From the NCBI GenBank assembly GCA_030684355.1, contig JAUXTN010000002.1:28069-92068 (forward strand): a stretch of DNA of 64,000 nt, given 5' to 3'. Both the position numbers and the translations under genes were made by a program. Source of the DNA: Pseudomonadota bacterium (lineage in GTDB: Bacteria > Myxococcota_A > UBA796 > SXON01). The notes below the pieces were generated by a model. That model searched no databases and was not told the DNA's origin. It worked only from the letters and a program-made list of their open reading frames with translations. This document shows, in pieces, positions 59,949 to 64,000 of the stretch; the first letter of the stretch is position 1, and every line of letters begins with the position of its first letter.

Positions 59949-61181
59949 ATGGAGAAGAAGGAACTCCTCGATACGCTCACCGCGCACATCGCGCGGTACG
60001 AGCAGCACCGCCACTACATCGAGAAGGCGCGCGCGCAGGCGGCCACGGGCAAGTTCAACAACGCCGTGATCGAGAAGGTCGTCCTCGACCACGAGATCAA
60101 GTCTTCGGACGTGGCGGACCTGGTCCAGCCCATCCTTCCCCGTCTCTTCGAGCTCCTCGCGGCGCTCGAGGCGGACAAGGCGAAGATCGAGGCGTCCCGC
60201 GGCGGGGTGGACGAGCAGATCCAGGAGCTCGAGCTTCGCGCCGCGATCGGGGAGATGTCCGAGCCCGACTTCGAGCAGGAGGTCTCCGAGCTTCGCGCGA
60301 ACCAGGCGAGCGCGAACGAGCGCATCGCGCTGATTGACGCGGACCGGGGCGACCTCCAGGCGGCTCTCGACCGTTGGAGCGCCTCTGCTGGCCCCGCGGG
60401 CCACTACGAGCCCGTCGCCGCTCCGGTCGTCGTGGCCCCCGTGGTCGCGCCCCCGGCGCCCGTGGTCGCCGCCGAGGAGCCCGTCGTGGTGGACGAGCCC
60501 ATCGTCGACGACGGCGAGGCCGAAGCCGAGGCTGTCGATGCGGACGCGGCGGACGCCGAGCCGGTCGTCGAGCCCGGCGAAGACGAAGGCCTGTACGCCA
60601 GCCGGACGGAGATCCGCGAGGACCTCTCGCTGATCTTCCCGTCGGGTGGGAACGACGAAGCCGCCCAGATCCGCGTGGCCTCCGTCGAAGAGGACATCGC
60701 GATCGAGACCTCCGAGGTCGGCGAGGACGAGGGCGACGCCCCCAGCGCCGACGTTCCGTTCGGTTTCGAGGACGAGATCCTCGGCGGCGAAGTCGTCGTG
60801 GGCGCCGGCGAGGTCGAGATCGACCTTGCGGGCGACAACGGCGCGGCGGCGTCCGCGCCGGCCACCGACAACGGCGAGGCGCCCCGGCGCGCCCTGCTCC
60901 TCTACCAGGAGGGCACGGCCGAGGAGCAGATCTACCCGTTCACCGGCGACAACCTGACCATCGGTCGGGGCCGCGAGAACGACATCCAGATCAAGAACGA
61001 CTCGAAGGTCTCGCGCTACCACTGCAAGCTCTTCCGCCGCGGGAACAACTTCTACATCGAGGACCAGAAGTCCTCGAACGGGAGCCTGGTCAACGGCGAG
61101 CTGATCACCGACCGCCGCCTGTTCGGCGGTGAGGAGATCATCATCGGCGAGACCTTCTTCCGGTTCCGCATCATGGAGTGA
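59949..61181 (+). CDS. FHA-domain protein with N-terminal coiled coil and acidic Pro/Val/Ala/Glu linker (410 aa)
   Basis: ATG 59949 (MEKKELL). C-terminal 'LTIGRGRENDIQIKNDSKVSRYHCKLFRRGNNFYIEDQKSSNGSLVNG' is a canonical FHA core. Confidence 0.85.
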   Translation: MEKKELLDTLTAHIARYEQHRHYIEKARAQAATGKFNNAVIEKVVLDHEIKSSDVADLVQPILPRLFELLAALEADKAKIEASRGGVDEQIQELELRAAIGEMSEPDFEQEVSELRANQASANERIALIDADRGDLQAALDRWSASAGPAGHYEPVAAPVVVAPVVAPPAPVVAAEEPVVVDEPIVDDGEAEAEAVDADAADAEPVVEPGEDEGLYASRTEIREDLSLIFPSGGNDEAAQIRVASVEEDIAIETSEVGEDEGDAPSADVPFGFEDEILGGEVVVGAGEVEIDLAGDNGAAASAPATDNGEAPRRALLLYQEGTAEEQIYPFTGDNLTIGRGRENDIQIKNDSKVSRYHCKLFRRGNNFYIEDQKSSNGSLVNGELITDRRLFGGEEIIIGETFFRFRIME

Positions 61182-61240
61182 CGGGCGCGCGCCATCACGG
61201 CGCGCACCCGCCTTCGCCGGGCCCCGCCCCGCGAACAAGA

Positions 61241-61273
61241 GCGGCCAGCCAACGAGCTGGCCGCTTTTCTTTG
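61241..61273 (+). terminator. Rho-independent terminator (GCGGCCAGC-CAACGA-GCTGGCCGC followed by TTTTCTTT)
   Basis: Perfect 9-bp GC stem, 6-nt loop and T-tract, 60 nt after the FHA stop. Confidence 0.8.
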
Positions 61274-61691
61274 TCGTGCCTGCGCTCCGTGGGGCCTCCC
61301 CGACCGTCGGCCGCGTCGGCGCAGCGAGCGTGGCTGGCGCTTGATGTAGAATTCTGGCAGGCGGAGAAACACCTGCCCCATCGGCGCGCATGCCCCACCG
61401 ACACCCACCGCGAATGCGCGGCGAGGCATGTTCATACGGTCGCCGATCACGCTGCCATCGCGCTCAGCGCCGGATCTTGCGGTGCGCACAACGGCAGCCA
61501 CCGGCGGCACGCGTGGATGGAATTCCGCATTCTTCCGCCGCGAAGGATGGAAACTTGCGGCGCGTGTGCTGGGCTTGCGGTAAGGGGGCGCCGTCGGCCG
61601 GGGCGGGGCCTCGAAGGTCCCGTATCCGCGGTACAGAGGGGTTGGCCTCACATGCTTGTTCTCGGGTCGGTGTCCACCGCGGAGGTCGCGT

Positions 61692-62405
61692 ATGCCTCGT
61701 AGGAGAAGCCAGGAGCCGGAGAAGATCGTCTTCACGACGTTCGATGTCGCGGAAATCTTCTCCGTAAGCCCGCCCACCGTTGTGAACTGGGTGAACGGGG
61801 GCCTGCTCACGGCCCATCGAACACCGGGCCGCCATCGACGTATCTCGAAGGCCGAGGTCATCCGGTTCGCCAAGGACCACGGCTTCCCGCCGCCGTTCGG
61901 GCCCGATGGCCAGCTCCCGCTCCCGCTGCCGCAAGCCCCCCCCGCTGCCGTGATGGCCCCGCCAGCGCTCAGCCGCGTCCTGATCGTCGAGGACGAGCCC
62001 GCGCTGTGCCGCCTCTGGCGAGACTACCTGCTCGTCATCGGCGGCTACGAGGTGGAGTTCGCGTTCAGCGGCTTCAAGGCCGGGCTCCTGGTGGAGCGCT
62101 TCAAGCCGGAGGTCATCCTTCTGGACATCAAGCTCGATCAGAACAGCCCCACGGCGATGGACGGCTTTCAGCTCCTGAGCATGTTGGAGTCCGACCCGAG
62201 GACCCGCTCGATCGCCATCATCGCGTGCACCGGGTCGACCGACCCCCGCATCGAGGCCCTCGTCCAGCGTGGGGCGCTCGTGGGCCACCTGCGGAAGCCG
62301 TTCCCCTTGAGCCAGCTCTCGGAGGCCGTCGCGGACGCGCTCGCGGGCCGCACCGTCTTCGCCGCGTCCCCGGCGACTACGTCGGGCGCCTTGCTCCGGG
62401 CGTAG
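61692..62405 (+). CDS. response regulator with N-terminal excisionase/MerR-type HTH (HTH_17-like) and C-terminal receiver domain
   Basis: ATG 61692 with GGAGG 6 nt upstream. 'FTTFDVAEIFSVSPPTVVNWVNGGLLTAHRTPGRHRRISKAEVIRF' is the HTH. 'VLIVEDEPA...VILLDIKLD...IIACTG...LRKPF' are the receiver residues. Confidence 0.8.
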   Translation: MPRRRSQEPEKIVFTTFDVAEIFSVSPPTVVNWVNGGLLTAHRTPGRHRRISKAEVIRFAKDHGFPPPFGPDGQLPLPLPQAPPAAVMAPPALSRVLIVEDEPALCRLWRDYLLVIGGYEVEFAFSGFKAGLLVERFKPEVILLDIKLDQNSPTAMDGFQLLSMLESDPRTRSIAIIACTGSTDPRIEALVQRGALVGHLRKPFPLSQLSEAVADALAGRTVFAASPATTSGALLRA

Positions 62406-63279
62406 GGGAGGAGGCGCCTGAGCCGGCTGCGTTCTCCGTCGCTGCGGCGCCCGGCGGGCGCGCCACGCGGTCTCCGCCCCGCGCCGGCAGGGGGAGCGCC
62501 GAGAGCGGGACGGGCGCCCGCGTGACCCCGCGGCGCACGCGAACCACCTCGGCGGCGATGGCCACGGCGATCTCCTCGGGGGTCTCCGCGCCGAGATCGA
62601 GCCCCACGGGCGCCGACACGCGCGAGAACAGCTGCTCGTCGAGCCCCGCCGCCCGGAGCCGGATGAAGAATTTGGCCACCTTCGCGCGGCTGCCGATGAG
62701 GCCCAGCCAGGCCCACGTGCGGGGCAGGAGGATCTCCAACAGGTCCTGGTCGAGCGAATGGTCGTGCGTCACGATGAGGATGTAGGTGCGCGCGTCCGTC
62801 TGGAGCGCCCGGGCCCAGCGCCGGGGATCCCCCGTGACGAGGGCCGCCCCGGGGAAGCGCTCGGCGTTGGCGTACTCCTCCCGCTCGTCCACCACGGTCA
62901 CGTCGAACCCGAGCTCGGCGGCCAGGCGCGCCGTCGGCCGCGCCACGTGGCCCGCGCCGAAGAGGATCATCCGCTCCCGCGGCCCCATCGGCTCGATGTA
63001 GACCTCCATCGCCCCTCCACAACACATGCCGAGGTCGCGCGTGAGGTGCACCGCGTAGCGCCGCGGCCGCCCCTCCGCGAGGCACGCGATCGCGGCACCG
63101 GTGACCTGAAGCTCGAAGTTTCCGCCCCCGATCGTGCCGAGCGTCCGACCGTCGGGCCACACGAGCATTCGCGCGCCCGCGGCGCGCGGCGCGGAGCCGT
63201 CCACGCCGATGACGGTCGCCAGAGCGACATGTTCTCCGGCCTCGCCCGCCGCGAGCAGCGCCCGCCAGACGTCGGTCAC
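62377..63279 (-). CDS. XdhC/CoxI-family molybdenum-enzyme maturation factor
   Basis: 'ALATVIGVDGSAPRAAGARMLV...GTIGGGNFE', 'GMCCGGAMEVYIEP', Rossmann-like 'ILFGAGHVARPTARLA', 'IVTHDHSLD'. The 3' end overlaps the convergent HTH-REC gene by 29 nt. Confidence 0.8.
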   Translation of the reverse strand: MTDVWRALLAAGEAGEHVALATVIGVDGSAPRAAGARMLVWPDGRTLGTIGGGNFELQVTGAAIACLAEGRPRRYAVHLTRDLGMCCGGAMEVYIEPMGPRERMILFGAGHVARPTARLAAELGFDVTVVDEREEYANAERFPGAALVTGDPRRWARALQTDARTYILIVTHDHSLDQDLLEILLPRTWAWLGLIGSRAKVAKFFIRLRAAGLDEQLFSRVSAPVGLDLGAETPEEIAVAIAAEVVRVRRGVTRAPVPLSALPLPARGGDRVARPPGAAATENAAGSGASSPTPGARRPT

Positions 63280-63394
63280 GCGCGGCGCCGACGCGGGCGC
63301 CGGACGCGGCCGCCGGGGTGGGGAAGGGGAGAGGACGTAGGCAGCGCGGGCTCCTCCGGCACGACAACGTCACCGGGATGCACCGCCTATCGCG

Positions 63395-63423
63395 TTGACC
63401 GGAGCGAAGCGCTTGCGTAGAGT
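63395..63423 (+). promoter_or_regulatory. sigma-70-like promoter TTGACC-N17-TAGAGT, only 8 nt upstream of the ATG (possible leaderless mRNA)
   Basis: Read directly; the spacing was counted base by base. Confidence 0.45.
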
Positions 63424-63431
63424 TCGCGCCG

Positions 63432-64000
63432 ATGCCGCTGCGCGGGCTCCTGCTGCTCCTCCTGGTCTCGTCGCCTGCCTCCGCGCAGGAGGGCCCCGCC
63501 GTGGCGCCGCCCGCGCCGGAAGTCCTCCCGGAGCCCCTCGGCGGCCGGCTCGTGTGGGAGCCCCGTTCCCCCATCGCCAGCGGCGTGCGACCGGCCAGCC
63601 TCGCGGTGCAGCCCGTCGTGGCCGGCGCGTGGTTCGTGGCCGACGAGAAGGGCGCGGTCTGGCTCTCCGAGGACGACGGCGCCCACTGGGAGCGCGTGCT
63701 GCGGTCGGGCCGGGTGGAGGAGGAGGAGCTCTCCGACGACGAGGCCGTGCTGCTCGAGGCGGAGTCGCGCCGCGACGAGGCGCTCGAGGACGCGCCGGTC
63801 GAGGTGGAGGTCGTCGCGACGGAGACCGAGATCGACGCCAACGGCGCCGGGAACGACGAGGTCATCGTCGAGACCGAGATCGACACCGAGGACCGGGCCC
63901 TCGAGGACGCCGCGGCGCTCGCCTCCGACCTCGCCGACGCCCAGCGCGGCGACGGGTCGGCGTTGCCCGTCGTGTGGGTGGACCCCACCGAGTTCGAGCA
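63432..64000 (+). CDS. secreted protein with BNR/Asp-box motif, 3'-truncated by the window edge
   Basis: Not in the supplied track because it has no stop. I translated from ATG 63432: MPLRGLLLLLLVSSPASAQEGP... (signal peptide), 'VWLSEDDGAHWERV' (S-x-D-x-G-x-x-W Asp-box), then an acidic region. The minus-strand 606-codon ORF opposite is Arg/Gly-rich shadow. Confidence 0.6.
   Translation, partial: MPLRGLLLLLLVSSPASAQEGPAVAPPAPEVLPEPLGGRLVWEPRSPIASGVRPASLAVQPVVAGAWFVADEKGAVWLSEDDGAHWERVLRSGRVEEEELSDDEAVLLEAESRRDEALEDAPVEVEVVATETEIDANGAGNDEVIVETEIDTEDRALEDAAALASDLADAQRGDGSALPVVWVDPTEFE

Noticed and set aside
61580-61610. Sigma-54-like TGGCCT...TGCTT upstream of the HTH-REC gene
   Set aside because: The GG-to-GC spacing is two nucleotides too short for a -24/-12 promoter.
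61274-61691. tRNA, tmRNA or RNase P RNA in the long intergenic region
   Set aside because: I could not find a T-arm GGTTCGA-type box, a CCA-proximal acceptor pairing or other hallmark. It is reported only as an unexplained non-coding region that needs an Infernal/Rfam scan.
61692-61900. Excisionase-type HTH as evidence of a prophage or integrative element
   Set aside because: The HTH is fused to a receiver domain. There is no integrase, att-like repeat, tRNA target or phage gene anywhere in the window.

Overview
By eye the window is very GC-rich, with third codon positions almost all G/C. As a result, every real gene is shadowed by long, Arg/Pro/Gly-rich spurious ORFs on the other frames. 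I called genes from recognisable motifs, signal peptides or lipoboxes, and start/stop coupling; no searches were run.

Likely source (inference): a Myxococcota chromosome. Support comes from two MYXO-CTERM-type C-terminal sorting tags, many lipoproteins with Cys lipoboxes, Asp-Thr dipeptide linkers, and MopE-like metal-binding repeats.

I support about 52 CDSs, no rRNA or tRNA, no CRISPR array, and no transposase or integrase.

- **Left and centre (1-54.9 kb), accessory or envelope/sensing content:**
  - a TAT solute-binding protein coupled to a Cache histidine kinase
  - a CotH-family lipoprotein
  - an arsenic island (arsM plus a Cys-tailed ECF sigma, divergent from arsR plus an aquaporin)
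  - two CPA2 antiporters
  - a DprE1/DprE2-like pair behind a TetR gene
  - an FG-GAP lipoprotein
  - a translationally coupled small-protein / KaiC-like ATPase / GAF-PAS hybrid kinase module
  - class II DAHP synthase
  - a four-gene lipoprotein / DUF1549-like / DUF1501 / cytochrome-c-like operon
  - a 1338-aa C-type-lectin + ~20x MopE-like + TSP3 + MYXO-CTERM surface protein, followed by a rhomboid protease and an SGNH hydrolase
  - a five-gene minus-strand cluster (tandem-nitroreductase SagB-like, DUF2007 zinc ribbon, YHS lipoprotein, adenylate cyclase, CrtI-like oxidoreductase)
  - an alkaline phosphatase
- **Right end (55-60 kb), core content:** prs-rplY-pth-rpsF-rplI-dnaB, with rpsR notably absent. 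This is followed by an FHA protein, a clean intrinsic terminator, a 418-bp non-coding region, an HTH-REC regulator, xdhC, and a 3'-truncated BNR/Asp-box protein.

The candidates I consider most worth follow-up are the KaiC-like three-gene module, the arsM-coupled CorE/SigZ-type sigma factor, the DUF1549/DUF1501 heme-motif operon, and the giant lectin adhesin with its rhomboid neighbour.
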